The position numbers and the translations under genes were made by a program. Below, in pieces: positions 49,051-62,109 of a stretch of 64,000 bases of DNA. The DNA lies in NCBI GenBank assembly GCA_038087875.1, contig JAXLNO010006092.1, forward strand, positions 124,001 to 188,000, written 5' to 3'. Below the pieces are notes generated by a model. That model saw nothing but the letters and a program-made list of their open reading frames with translations, made no database searches and was not told the origin of the DNA. Position 1 is the first letter of the stretch, and each line of letters begins with the position of its first letter. Source of the stretch: Malacoraja senta (taxonomy: Eukaryota).

Positions 49051-50639
49051 AAAAAAATAGAATCATTTGAAAGAATAATAACATTAGCTTTATTCATTGG
49101 AAAGAATAAAATGAATTTGAATAGTCAAGAGAAACACCGCTATTTTAGATTTTAATGTCAGATGTAGCAAAAACAATGACATGTGTTCCCTTTTAAGTGA
49201 AGACACCATCATTGTAATAGGAAAACACATTTCACAATAACATTTGAAGAAGTACATCAGTTTTGCAAACTACATTTCAATCATTTAATCCCGTTCATGT
49301 AATCCACTATTACCAATGAAGAATAATGTCTGAAGTTTACTGACCTTCTGCAGAGGAACTTGTGTGGAATTCTGGAGAAGCAGCAACGTGGCTTTGAGCC
49401 CAGCACAGGACAAGCTGAGGTTCCCTCACACTGCACAGTAACTGACACTGCCTCTTGTCAAACTAAACGACACTCCCCCTCCAGCTCAGGTTTCCGGCAC
49501 CACTGGTGTTGATACAAATGGGTTCAGATATAGAATTATACCACAAATAAAGATTCCATCTGGAATCGAACTTGCACCTTTGCGATTTTGAACATATCGA
49601 ATGGATCTCAAATGGGAGAGTTCCAGGTACTTTGCTGCATCCTGCTGGGCCTGATGTTCCATGAGAGAGTACATGCAATCCAGGAGGTCCTGCCATTTCA
49701 TGATGAAAAAACCTCCATAGAGGGTTGTGTTCATTAAACATGCTGTTTAATTAGGATATTTAATTGCACCCATTAGGATAAACTGAACCATTCCCAGAGA
49801 GGGGATTGGCCCTGGTGAAAGGAGAAAGAACATACTGTTTCCTCACTTGCCTCTTCATGGGAAGGAGCCAACAGATTTCACCATGGGAAGCTTTCACTGT
49901 CCTAATGAATGCCCACCATTATTGGTCAGCTGAGCAAAATCTCGAATGACATTAAAAGAAGCAAGAGTACAGAGTGTACACTGGGTGTGGACCTCAGCAT
50001 CCATCATTGGGAGTGGCTTGGTCACACAACCACTCACTGAGATGGCCAAACCCTGAAGGATGTGTCTGCCAGGCTCTTTCTACAGCAGGTAGAGAATGAG
50101 CCAACACAACGGATTGACCTACTTGACCTCCTCCTCTCCTGTCCACCTGCAACAGGTGAATCTGTTGACCATGGCTTTGGCAGAAATCAGAAGACCTTTG
50201 CACAGTTCTCATTGAGGACAATGTTTTGTCATTACACTAAAGTCATCCCATATTGCTCTGACTGGCACAACAGTTTTGGATGTCATCTTCCCAAAGGAGC
50301 TGCAGAGGCTGAGACATTGACTATGTGCAAGGAAGAGGATGATTGACTATAAACTCAACAGAAGTCAGGAGACGTGGGGAAAGTGTGAAAGTGGTGTTGA
50401 GACCAATATTGGATCAGCTGTATGGGCCTGAAAAATTGTGCTCCCTCAGACTTTAATCCTTGGAGTGCAGGAGGCTGAGATAGTTGAATTATTGAGGGGA
50501 ATAGATAGGCTGAATGAACAGAGCCTTTTACCCAGTGTGGGGGTATCAAGAACCAGAGAACACGGGTTTGAGGTGAGATGATAAGGTTTAATATGTACAC
50601 GAAGAGCATCCTTTACATTCAAAGGATAAAGGATTCAAA

Positions 50640-51245
50640 CAAGAGGAGTTGAGTATAGAAGCAAAGAGGTCCTTCTGCAGTTGTAGGGCCCTAGTGAGAC
50701 CACACCTGGAGTATTGTGTGCAGTTTTGGTCCCCTAATTTGAGGAAGGACATTCTTGCTATTGAGGGAGTGCAGCACAGGTTTACAAGGTTAATTCCCGG
50801 GATGGTGGGACTGTCATATGCTGAGAGAATGGAGCAACTGGGCTTGTATACTCTGGAGTTTAGAAGGATGAGAGTGGATCTTATTGAAACATATAAGATT
50901 ATTAAGGGTTTGGACACGCTAGAGGCAGGAAACATGTTCCTGATGTTGGGAGAGTCCAGAACCAGAGACCACAGTTTAAGAATAAGGGGCAAGCCATTTA
51001 GAACAGGTATGAGGAAAATCTTTTTCACACAGCGGGTTGTGAATATGTGGAATTCTCTGCCTCAGAGGGTTGTGGAGGCCGGTTTGCTGGATGCTTTCAA
51101 GAGAGAGCTAGATAGGGCTTTTGAAGATAGTAGAGTCAGGGGATATGGGGTGAAGGCAGGAACAGGGTACTGATTGTGGATGATCAGCCATGATCACATT
51201 GAATGGCGGTGCTGGCTTGAAGGGCCGTATGGCCTGCTCCTGCTA
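50640..51245 (+). mobile_element. CR1 3' fragment
   Basis: ORF 50649-51173 ([17 protein letters not shown]) followed by the CR1 3' UTR. Confidence 0.9.
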
Positions 51246-51654
51246 CTGACAAACACAGATACTTGAGCTTCTCTGTCTTTTAGTTACTATCCTTATAATA
51301 AATGCATCCTCAGCACACACAGATATGTTCTGTTCTCACGTATTAAAAAAAAATTACACAATAGAATTATACAGAATAACTTTTAAATGTAAAGGGTAAA
51401 TAGAGAAGTTGTATCTGAAGATAACATCAGCGTAAAAGAGGAAGGATCTGTGTTAGGCCATGTTTACACTTCTGTTTGCACCAGATAAGACAGTGTGATG
51501 ATCCCAGTGTTTAGAATGTGAGAATGACAGACAGTGTGGGTTGGAGGGGGAGATGAGACAGATTCAGGAGCTGGGGAAAAATATCAAAACAGAGGGTTAG
51601 CAGCAATAAAAATGAATTGTATTTCTCTGCAGAATTCACACAATATGGGGGAAT

Positions 51655-52775
51655 TCAGATTCAGATTCAGATTCAACTTTATTGTCATTGTGCAGTGTAC
51701 AGTACAGAGACAACGAAATGCAGTTAGCATCTCCCTAGAAGAGCGACATAAATATGAGCAATAAATAAATCGAATAAATCCTGGTGGGAGGAGTGTCCGG
51801 GGGGGGGGGGGGGGGGGTGATTGGCAGTCACCGAGGTACAGTGTTGAGTAGTGTAACAGCCGCAGGGAAGAAGCTGTTCCTGAACTTGCAGGTCCGGCAA
51901 CTGAGAGACCTGTAGCGCCTGCCGGATGGGAGGAGGGAAAACAGTTTGTGGTTGGGGTGAGAGCAGTCCTCCATGCTGAGTGCCCTTCGCAGACAACGCT
52001 TGCTTTGGACAGACTCAATGGAGGGGAGTGAGGAACCGGTGATGCGTTGGGCAATTTTCACCACCCTCTGCAGTGCTTTCCGGTCAGAGACAGACCAGTT
52101 GCCATACCATACTGTGATGCAGTTGGTAAGGATGCTCTCGATGGTGCAGCGGTAGAAGTTCACCAAAATCTGAGGAGACAGATGGACCTTCTTTAGTCTC
52201 CTCAGGAAGAAGAGACGCTGGTGAGCTTTCTTGACCAGAGTTGAGGTATTGTGGGTCCAAGAGAGGTCATCGGAGATGTTGATCCCCAGAAACCTGAAGC
52301 TGGAAATACGTTCCACCTCTGTCCTGTTAATGTGGATGGGGGTGTGCGTGCCGCCCCTAGACTTCCTGAAGTCTACAATGAGCTCCTTGGTCTTCTTGGA
52401 GTTAAGGGCCAGGTTGTTGTCAGCGCACCATGCTGCTAGGAGCTGGACCTCCTCCCTATAGGCCGACTCATCGTTGTTAGTGATGAGGCCAATCACCGTT
52501 GTATCATCTGCATACTTGATGATGGTGTTAGTACCATGTACAGGTGTGCAGTCATAGGTGAATAGGGAATAGAGGAGGGGGCTCAGCACACAGGGTGAGG
52601 GTTGAAGAGGTGTGCTTGTCTAACCTAACAGACTGGGGTCTGTTCGTTACAAAGTCCAGTAAGCAGTTGCAGAGGGAGGGGTCGATGCCCAGGTCACCGA
52701 GTTTGGTGATCAGTTTAGAGGGTATGATGGTCTTGAATGCTGAGCTGTAATCGATGAACAGCATTCTTACGTAAG
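51655..52775 (-). mobile_element. Rex1/Babar-like LINE RT/3' fragment
   Basis: ORFs 52552-52764 (LFIDYSSAF) and 51828-52589 (KYADDTT, KKAHQRLFFLRRL); (AATCTG)n tail. Confidence 0.92.
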
Positions 52776-52789
52776 TGTCCCTTTTTATT

Positions 52790-53475
52790 GTCTATAACTT
52801 TTATTTGGAGGTCTATTCTTTCTATGTGGGGGGGGGGGGTGGGGTGGGGGGGAACTGTTTTAACCCCAGTTCTACCTGGTCGGAGATGCGTTTTTCCTCC
52901 AAATCGCATCTTCGCTCTCCCCATGCGGCCTTCCATCGGGCTGGAGCGGCGTTTCCTGCCGGGACCACAGCTTCGGCGGCACAGCGCTGGGACACCAACA
53001 AGGAGCGGGCGATGTCTGCGGTCTGAGGGCGTCCCGCAGCGGGCGGGCGGGCGGCGCTGGATCGAAAACACCACGGAGTCAGAGTCAAAGCTCCAACGGG
53101 CGTCGCAGTCTCCGGGGAAGGAGCGGCCGCTCCAGACACTTCCAAGCCGCTGAGGACCTACCACCTGATGCCGGTGGTCCAGCTTCCCGGCAGGTGGGCC
53201 TACAACATCGGGCTGCCGTTGCGGCGACTGGCTGCGGAGGCCTCAAACTGGCCCCGAACTCGAGTGGAATAGGAGGAGGACTGGACATTTTGGTACCCTT
53301 CCCTCACAGTGGAGAGTGTCGACTCTGCTGTGGGGGGATGTTCGTGTTGAATTTCTTATAGTGTGATGTGTCTTTTTTTCTACAGATAATTTTCTCTGTA
53401 AAGCACTTTGGCTTCATTGATTGAAATTGATTGAAAAGTGCTAGATAAATAAATGTACTTTACTTTACTTTACTT
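52790..53475 (+). mobile_element. GC-rich non-autonomous element related to 42912-43912 but with an L2-type tail
   Basis: Shares the G-run/ATGCG..TTTTTC head and CACAGTG..CTGTG hairpin. Ends TGTAAAGCACTTTGG..AAAGTGCTAGATAAATAAAT(GTACTT/TACTT)n. Confidence 0.55.
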
Positions 53476-53599
53476 TGCCACCCTTAAATTCCAACTATCA
53501 CTCTAATCTCCCAGCTGTCCCTCTAACTCACTCTATTTCGCCACCCTTATTTTCCAGCTACAGTTAAAGGTTACACACCATAATATCATGTTTATTATT

Positions 53600-53998
53600 A
53601 TAGAAGATTGAGGGGGGATCTTATAGAAACTTACAGAATTCTTATGGGGTTGGACAGGCTAGATGCAGGAAGATTGTTCCCGATGTGGGGGAAGTCCAGG
53701 ACAAGGTGTCACAGTTTAAGGATAAGGGGGAAATCTTTTAGGACCGAGATGAGAAAAACATTTTTCACACAGAGAGTGGTGAATCTGTGGAATTCTCTGC
53801 CACAGAAGGTAGTTGAGGCCAGTTCATTGGCTATATTTAAGAGGGAGTTAGATGTGGCCCTTGTGGCTAAAGGGATCAGGGGGTATGGAGAGAAGGCAGG
53901 TACAGGATACGGAGTTGGATGATCAGGCATGATCATATTGAATGGGCTCGAAGGGCCGAATGGCCTACTCCTGCACCTATTGTCTATGTTTCTATGTT
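53600..53998 (+). mobile_element. CR1 (subfamily 'A') 3' end
   Basis: ORF 53608-53922, 3' UTR and TTCTATGT tail. Confidence 0.9.
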
Positions 53999-54369
53999 AC
54001 ATACCAGTTTACAGGTTGAGTACAAAGATACAAATTTATTTATTAAGAATTCAAAGATGCTAAAGTAGAAATAAGTAACTTGTTTAGTATCTTGTTTACT
54101 GGATAAATGATTTAATTAAGTGCTGCTAAATGACTAACAATCACGTGAGTTTAAGTAAAATAAGCTGATGTCTGATTGCGTAAAATAGCTTTTTTTAATT
54201 TTAATTTTTTTATTTATTCCAAGGAAATGTACAAAAATAGAACCAACGGCTTATAAAATAACACAGTTATTGTACAAGTTCAATTTAACTTTTTAGCTTT
54301 AGTTGATGAAAAGAAAGGAGAAAAAGCAGGAAAGAGACAAAGTGAAATGTACAAAGATAGAAGGCAAGT

Positions 54370-54895
54370 CAAGTCACATTTATTTCTATAGCACATTTAA
54401 AAAACAACTCTCGTTGGCCAAAGTGCTTTACATTTGGTATAAGAATAGCATAAACATAACAAACTACATACATATATACATGTAGCCCTCACTCAGATGT
54501 CAGGAAAGGCTTGGGAGTATAGTTAAGTCTTTAGCCTTGACTTAAAAGAGTTGATGGAGGGGGCAGTTCTGATGGGAAGGGGGATGCTGTTCCACAGTCT
54601 AGGGGCTACAACCGCAAAGGCCCGGTCGCCCCTGAGCTTACGCCTAGACCGCGGGATATTCAGCAACCCCAAGTCGGCCGATCTGAGGGGCCTGGAGGTG
54701 GAGTGGTGGGTGAGAAGACTTTTAATGTAGGTGGGGGCAAGCCCATTGAGGGCTTTGTAGACATGGAGGAGGATCTTAAAGTTTATACGGGACCGCACAG
54801 GGAGCCAGTGGAGAGAGGCCAGGATCGGGGTGATGTGGTCTCCTTTTCGGGTGCCCATCAGGAGTCTCGCTGCGGCGTAGTCTAGAACCCCTAGA
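54370..54895 (-). mobile_element. L2-clade LINE 3' fragment nested in an L1 3' end
   Basis: HITPILASLHWLPVRSRINFKILL..RAFAVVAPRLWNS..SFKSRLKT, with tail TGTAAAGCACTTTGG..AAATAAA(CTTGA)n. Confidence 0.9.
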
Positions 54896-55148
54896 CTACC
54901 AAAGTGGTGCAGCCAAAGAGTGGATAAAAGAAAGAAAGAAGAGAGGTATAGAAAAAAATAAAAGGACAAAAAGAAAAAGAAAAAGAATATTGTTGGTATA
55001 CCTGCCTTTCGTCCCTCCCCACCCACCTCACTCAACCCGTAATTAGATTTAAATCCAAAGTTGTGTTGTGCCATACTATCCTTGTAATAAATCAATGAAG
55101 GGTGTCCATGTCTTGGAAAAATGATCTGTTTTTTCTGCCAAGACAAGT
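54896..55148 (-). mobile_element. L1-like 3' terminal fragment
   Basis: Frame reads [21 protein letters not shown], homologous to the end of the L1 ORF at 62497-63858 (LAGKPDHFHLTWSAFIELL*). Confidence 0.7.
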
Positions 55149-55149
55149 C

Positions 55150-56222
55150 AAAGACTAGGAGTAAACGGGTCCTTTTCAGAATGGCAGGCAGTGACCAGTG
55201 AGGTACCGCAAGGCTCAGTGCTGGGACCCCAGCTATTTACAATATATATTAATGATTTGGACGAGGGAATTGAATGCAACATCTCCACGTTTGCGGATGA
55301 CACGAAGCTGGGGGCAGTGTTAGCTGTGAGGAGGATGCTAGGAGGCGGCAAGGTGACTTGCATTGGTTGGGTGAGTGTCAAATGCATGGCAGATGCAGTA
55401 TAATGTGGATAAATGTGAGGTTATCCACTTTGGCGGCAAAAACAGGAGAGTAGGCAATTATCTGAATGGTGGCCGATTAGGAAAAGGGGAGATGCAACGA
55501 GACCTGGGGGTCATGGTACACCAGTCATTGAAAGTAGGCATGCGGGTGCAGCAGGCAGTGAAGAAAGCGAATGGTATGTTAGCATTCATAGCAAAAGTAT
55601 TTGAGTATAGGAGCAGGGAGGTTCTACTGCAGTTGGACAGGGCCTTGGTGAGACCACACCTGGAGTATTGTGTACAGTTTTGATCTCCAAATCTGAGGAA
55701 AGACATTCTTGCCATAGACAGAGTACAGAGAAGGTTCACCAGACAGATTCCTGGGATGGCAGGACTTTCATATGAAGAAAGACTGGATAGACTTGGCTTG
55801 TACTCGCTAGAATTTAGAAGGTTGAGGGGGGATCTTATAGAAACGTACAAAATTCTTAAGGGGTTGGACGGGCTAGATGAAGGAAGATTGTTCCCGATGT
55901 TGGGGAAGTCCAGAACAAGGGGTCACAGTTTAAGGATAAGGGGGAAGTCTTTTAGGACCGAGATGAGAAAAACATTTTTCACACAGAGAGTGGTGAATTT
56001 CTGGAATTCTCTGCCACAGAATGTAGTTGAGGCCAGTTCATTGGCTATATTTAAGATGGAGTTAGATGTGGCCCTTGTGGCTAAAGGGATCAGGGGGGTA
56101 TGGAGAGAAGGCAGGTACAGGATACTGAGTTGGATGATCAGCCATGTTCATATTGAATGGTGGTGCAGGCTCAAAGGGCCGAATGGACTACTCCTGCACC
56201 TATTTTCTATGTTTCTATGTCT
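55150..56222 (+). mobile_element. CR1 (subfamily 'A') RT/3' fragment
   Basis: CR1 RT motifs with stops; matches 35030-36090. Confidence 0.9.
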
Positions 56223-56301
56223 ATTCTTACACCAATGTAAAGCACTTTGGCCAACGAGAGTTGTTTTTTAAATATGCTATAGAAATAAAAGTCTTGACTT
56301 G

Positions 56302-56831
56302 ACACTCACCTCCAGGCAGGTCGACAGGCCCACAAATCCCCTCCTCAGCCTCCCACGGCCTAGTCCGGCCTACACTCACCCCCAGGCAGGTCGACGGGCC
56401 CACAAATCCCCTCCTCATCCTCCCACGGCCTAGTCCGGCCTGGTCAGGCCAACACTCACCCCCAGGCAGGTCGACGGGCCCACAAATCTCATCCTCATCC
56501 TCCCACGGCCTAGTCCGGCCTATATTCACCTCCAGACAGGTCGACGGGCCCACAAATCACCTCCTCATCCTCCCACGGCCCAGTCCGGCCTAGTCAGGCC
56601 TACACTAACCCCCAGGCAGGTCGACGGGCCCACAAATCGCCTCCTCATCCTCCCACAGCCTAGTCCGGCCTAGTCAGGCCTACACTCACCTCCAGGCAGG
56701 TCGACGGGCCCACAAATCCCCTCTTCATCCTCCCACGGCCTAGTCCGGCCTAGTCAGGCCTACACTCACCTCCAGGCAGGTCGACGGGCCCACAAATCCC
56801 CTCCTCATCCTCCCACGTCCTAGTCCGGTCT
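56302..56831 (+). repeat. GC-rich minisatellite, 7 units of 70 or 80 bp
   Basis: Unit ACACTCACC(T/C)CCAGGCAGGTCGACGGGCCCACAAATCCCCTCCTCATCCTCCCACGGCCTAGTCCGGCC[TAGTCAGGCC]T; lengths 70,80,70,80,80,80,70. Confidence 0.95.
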
Positions 56832-57162
56832 ACTGAGTTGGATGATCAGCCATGATCATATTGAATGGCAGTGCAGGCTCGAAGGGCCGAATGGCCTACT
56901 GCTGCAGATATTTTCTATGTTTCTATGTTTCTAAATATTTTCAAGATGTAGCGTCTCGGACATGTTTATAATGATTACGTAAAATAGTTGACATCTGCTG
57001 CTATGTATGCTTCCATATAACTTTATATAACTTATATAACTCAATATAAGCAAGACGGCTCTTAGTGAGTGGCAGTGAGGCAGCGGCCTTGTGAGGGAAG
57101 GGCCCTGTGAGAAAAGTGAGAGTCTTTGGCTCGAGAGTCTTCGGCGAGGAGGCTGAGGAGAG

Positions 57163-59995
57163 GAATTCCACAGATTCACAACTCTCTGGGTTGAAAAGTT
57201 TTTTCTCACCTCAGTCTTAAATGACCTCCCCTTTATTCTAAGATTGTGTGGCCCCTGGTTCTGCACTCGCCCAACATTGGGAACATTTTTCCTGCATCTA
57301 GCTTGTCCAGTCCTTTTATAATTTTATATGTTTCTATAAGAACCACCCCCTCATCCTTCTAAACTCCAGTGAATACAAGCCTAGTCTTTTCAATCTATCC
57401 TCATATGACCGTCCCGCCATCCCAGGGATCAATCTCGTGAACCTACGCTGCACTACCTCAATCACAAGGATGTCCTTCCTCAAATTAGGAGACCAAAACT
57501 GTATACAATACTCCAGATGTGGTCTCACCAGAGCCCTATACAACTGCAGAAGAACCTCTTTACTCATGAATCCCCTTGTTATGAAGGCCAACATTCCATT
57601 AGCTTTCTTCACTGCCTGCTGTAACTGCACGCCACCTTTCAGTGACCGGTGTACAAGGACACCCAGGTCTCGCTGTACCTCTCCCTTACCTAACCTAACC
57701 CCATTGAGATAATAATCTGCCCCCTTGTTTTTGCCGCCAAAGTGGATAACCTCACATTTATCTATATTATACTGCATCTGCCACGCATCTGCCCACTCAC
57801 TCAACCTGTCCAGGTCACCCTGCAACCTCCTAACATCCTCTTCACAGTTCACACTGCCACCCAGCTATGTGTCATCCGCAAACTTGCTAGTGTTGCTCAT
57901 AATTCCCTCTTCCAAATCATTAATATATATGGTAAACAGTTGCAGCCCCAACACTGAGCCTTGCGGCACACCACTCGCCACTGCCCGCCATTCTGAAAAG
58001 GACCCGTTCACTCCTACTCTTTGCTTCCTGTCTGCCAACCAATTTTCTATCCATGTGAACACCCTACCCCCAATACCATGTGCTCTAATTTTAGTCACCA
58101 GTCTCCCGTGCGGGACCTTATCAAAGGCTTTCTGAAAGTCTAGATACAATACATCCACTGGCACCCCTTCATCCATCTTACTTGTCACATCCTCAAAAAA
58201 TTCCAGAAGATTAGTCAAGCATGATTTCCCTTTCATAAATCCATGCTGACTTGGACTAATCCTTTTACTGCTATCCAAATGCCCCATTATTACCTCTTTA
58301 ATAATTGACTCCAGCATCTTTCCCACCACCAAAGTCAGGCTAACTGGTCTATAATTCCCCTTTTTCTCTCTCGCTCCTTTCTTGAAAAGTGGGATAACAT
58401 TAGCTATCCTCCAATCCACAGGAACTGATCCTGAATCTATTTAACATTGGAAAATGATCACCATTGCGTCCACTATTTCTGGAGCCACCTCCCTGAGGAC
58501 CCTGGGATGCAGACCATCAGGCCCAGGGGATTTATCATCCTTCAGTCCCATTAGCCTACCCAAAACTATATCCCGCCTAATGACAATTTCTTTGTTCCTC
58601 TACCCCCTTAGATCCTCTGTCCTCCAGTACATCTGGGAGATTGTTTGTGTCTTCCTTAGTGAAGACAGATCCGAAGTACCTGTTCAACTCTTCTGCCATT
58701 TCCTTGTTACCCATAATAATTCCACGTGTGTCTGCCTTCAAGAGACCCACATTTGACTTTGCTATCTTTTTCCCTTAACATATCTAAAGAAGCTTTTACT
58801 GTCCTTCTTTATATTCCTGGCCAGCTTCCACTCGTACTTCATCTTTTCAGCCCGTATTGCCCGTTTTGTTTCCTTCTGTTGTCCTATGAAAGTTTCCCAA
58901 TCCTCTGGCTTCCGGCTACTCTTTGCTGTGTTATACATATTTTCTTTTAGTTTTATTCTATCCCTAACTTCTCTTGTCAGCCACGGTTGCCTCCTTCTCC
59001 CCTTAGAATCTGTCTTACTTCTTGGAATGAAATGATCCTGCGTCTCCCGGATTATGCCCAGAAATTCCTGCCATTGCTGTTCCACTGTCATTCCTGCTAG
59101 GATCCCTTTCCAGTCTACTTTGGCCAGCTCCCCTCTCATGCCTTCATAGTCCCCTTTGTTCAACTGCATCACTGCCACTTCCGATTTAAAGTTCTCCTTC
59201 TCAAATTGCAGATTAAAGCTAATCATATTATGATCACTACCTTCAAGCGGTTCCTTTACCTCGGGTTCTCTTATCATATCTGGTTCATTGGACAACACTA
59301 AATCCAGAATTGCCTTTTCTCTGGTCGGCTCCATTACAAGCTGCTCTAAGAATCCATCTCAAAGGCATTCTACAAACTCTCTTTCTTGGGGTCCTGAACC
59401 AACCTAATTTTCCCAGTCTACCTGCATATTGAAATCCCCCATCACCATAGTGGCATTACCTTTGTTACATGCCAGTTTTAACTCCTGCTGCAACTAACAC
59501 CTTACATCCGGGCTACTATTTCGGGGTCTGTAGTTAACACCAATTAATGTCTTCTTGCCTTTACAATTCCTCAACTCAATCCACAGTGACTCTACCTCAT
59601 CAGTCCCAATGTCTTCCCTCGCAAGGGACTGAATTTCCTCCCTCACCAGCAGAGCTACCCCCCCCTCCTCTGCCCACCCTCCTGTCCTTTCTATAGGATG
59701 TATAACCCTGAATATTAAGTTCCCAGGCCCGATCCTCCTGCAGCCATGTCTCGGTAATCCCCACAATGTCATATCTACCGACCTCTAACTGAGCCTCAAG
59801 CTCATCTACTTTACTTCTTATACTTCGCGCATTCATATACAATACTTTTAGTTCCTTACTCATCTCACCTTTCACATCGATCCCTATTACACTTGGCCAG
59901 ACTCTCCTATCCCTTTGTGAGCTTCCTGTCCCGTTAATTCTGGGGTCATTAACTATCCCTTTACTCTCTTTCCCTTCAACTCCATCCTCGACCAT
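57163..59995 (-). mobile_element. CR1 (subfamily 'B') long ORF2 remnant (APE through RT), disrupted
   Basis: ORFs 59600-60007 (YMNARSI..GITETWL), 58762-59334 (LDLVLSN, SDHN), 57865-58419 and 57334-57852. Confidence 0.92.
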
Positions 59996-61906
59996 CCCAA
60001 TGGCCATGAGGGGGGGGGGTCCAAGAGGATTGGGTCAGTTGGAGACGGGAAAAGGGATCATCAATGGGGGCGAGGACTCCTTCCCATGGAAGAACGCTGT
60101 GAGGCGGAGGCGACGGAAGAAGAGCTCCAAATCGCGGCGGGCGCGGAACTCATTGTGGTGGGGACGGAGGGGGACAAAGGTGAGGCCTCTGCTGAGGACA
60201 GACCGTTCGGTATCTGAGAGGGGGGAGGTCAGGGGGGGTTGGTGAACACACGGCAGGGATGGGGGATGGGGCCGGAGGAAGGCAGGTGAGTGGACTGAGG
60301 CAATGGTGGCCGATTAGGAAAAGGGAAGATGCAACGAGACCTGGGTGTCATGGTACACCAGTCATTGAAAGTAGGCATGTAGGTGCAGCAGGCAGTGAAG
60401 AAAGCGAATGGTATGTTAGCATTCATAGCAAAAGGATTTGAGTATAGGAGCAGGGAGGTTCTACTGCAGTTGTACAGGGTCTTGGTGAGACCACTGCCTG
60501 CGGATGAAGCGCAGGTCAATGCCACGTCTCCTTCCTCCAATCACCGCACTCTATCCTCAGTCNNNNNNNNNNNNNNNNNNNNNNNNNNNNNNNNNNNNNN
60601 NNNNNNNNNNNNNNNNNNNNNNNNNNNNNNNNNNNNNNNNNNNNNNNNNNNNNNNNNNNNNNNNNNNNNNNNNNNNNNNNNNNNNNNNNNNNNNNNNNNN
60701 NNNNNNNNNNNNNNNNNNNNNNNNNNNNNNNNNNNNNNTGCCCTTTGGCCAAACTTGCCCACACCGGCCAACTTGCCCCATCTACACTAGTCTCACCCCG
60801 ACCAACATGCCCCATCTACACTAGTCCCACCCCGACCAACATGCCCCATCCACACTAGTCCCACCTGCTGCCCGAGTTTGGCCCATATCCCTCCAAACCT
60901 GTCCTATCCAGGTACCTGTGCATGTGTTGTGATAGTCCCAGCCTCAACTACCTCCTCCGGCAGCTCGTTCCATACACCCACCACCCTCTACGTGTAAAAG
61001 TTGCCCTTTCCCGCCCCTGCCTCTCTCTCCTTAAACCCGTGTCCTCTGGTCCTCGATTCCCCTACTCTGGGCAAGAGACTGTGTGCGTCTGTCTACCCGA
61101 TCTATTCCTCTGGTGATTTTGTACACCTCTATAAGATCGACCCTCATCCTCCTGCGCTCCAAGGAATAGAGTCCCAGCCCTGCCCCAACCTCTCCCTGTA
61201 GCTCAGGCCCCTCGAGTCCCGGCAACATCCTCGTGAATCTTCTCCACGCCCTTTCGAAGCTCGACGACATCTTTCCTATAACACGGGGCCCAGAACTGAA
61301 CACAATACTCTAAATGCAGCCTCACCAACGTCTTGCACAACTGCAACGTGACCTCCCGACATCTANNNNNNNNNNNNNNNNNNNNNNNNNNNNNNNNNNN
61401 NNNNNNNNNNNNNNNNNNNNNNNNNNNNNNNNNNNNNNNNNNNNNNNNNNNNNNNNNNNNNNNNNNNNNNNNNNNNNNNNNNNNNNNNNNNNNNNNNNNN
61501 NNNNNNNNNNNNNNNNNNNNNNNNNNNNNNNNNNNNNNNNNNNNNNNNNNNTGATAAGGAACTGCAGATGCTGGGTTACACCGAAGATAGACACAAAGTG
61601 CTGGAGTAACTCAGTGGGTCAGGCAGCATCTCTGGAGAAAACTTCCACCCAGAGAGTTGTGAGTCTGTGGGATTCTCTGCCTCAGAGGACGGTGGAGGCG
61701 GGTTCTCTGGATGTTTTTTCAAGAGAGAGTTAGATAGGGCTGTTAAAGATAGCGGAGTCAGGGGATATGGGGAGAAGGCAGGAACGGGGTACTGATTGGG
61801 GATGATCAGCCATGATCACATTGAATGGCGGTGCTGGCTCAAAGGGCCGAATGGCCTCCTGCACCTGTTGTCTATTGTCCAGTGAAGGTGATTTGACTCT
61901 ATTGCA

Positions 61907-62105
61907 GGTAGACAAAAATGCTGGAGAAACTCAGCGTGTGAGGCAGCATCTATGGAGCGAAGGAAATGGTTCTTGTGTCTGAAGAAGGGTCTTGACCCGA
62001 ATCCTCACCAATTCCTTCGCTCCGTAGATGCTGCCTCACACGCTGAGTTTCTCCAGCATTTTGTGTCTACCTTCGATTTTCCAGCATCTGCAGTTCCTTC
62101 TTAAA
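61907..62105. repeat. Hairpin of inverted Penelope-type termini with a degenerate hammerhead core in the loop
   Basis: Arms GGTAGACAAAAATGCTGGAGAAACTCAGCGTGTGAGGCAGCATCT and its reverse complement; loop contains CTGAAGAAGGGTCTTGACCCGAAT (61979-62002). Confidence 0.75.
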
Positions 62106-62109
62106 CATT

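Noticed and set aside
56302-56831. Regular repeat array resembling CRISPR
   Set aside because: Units are tandem with no unique spacers, the context is eukaryotic, and there are no cas genes.
40433-61551. ORFs spanning poly-X tracts (for example 40101-40886 and 60383-61733)
   Set aside because: Artefacts of translating through the three N gaps.
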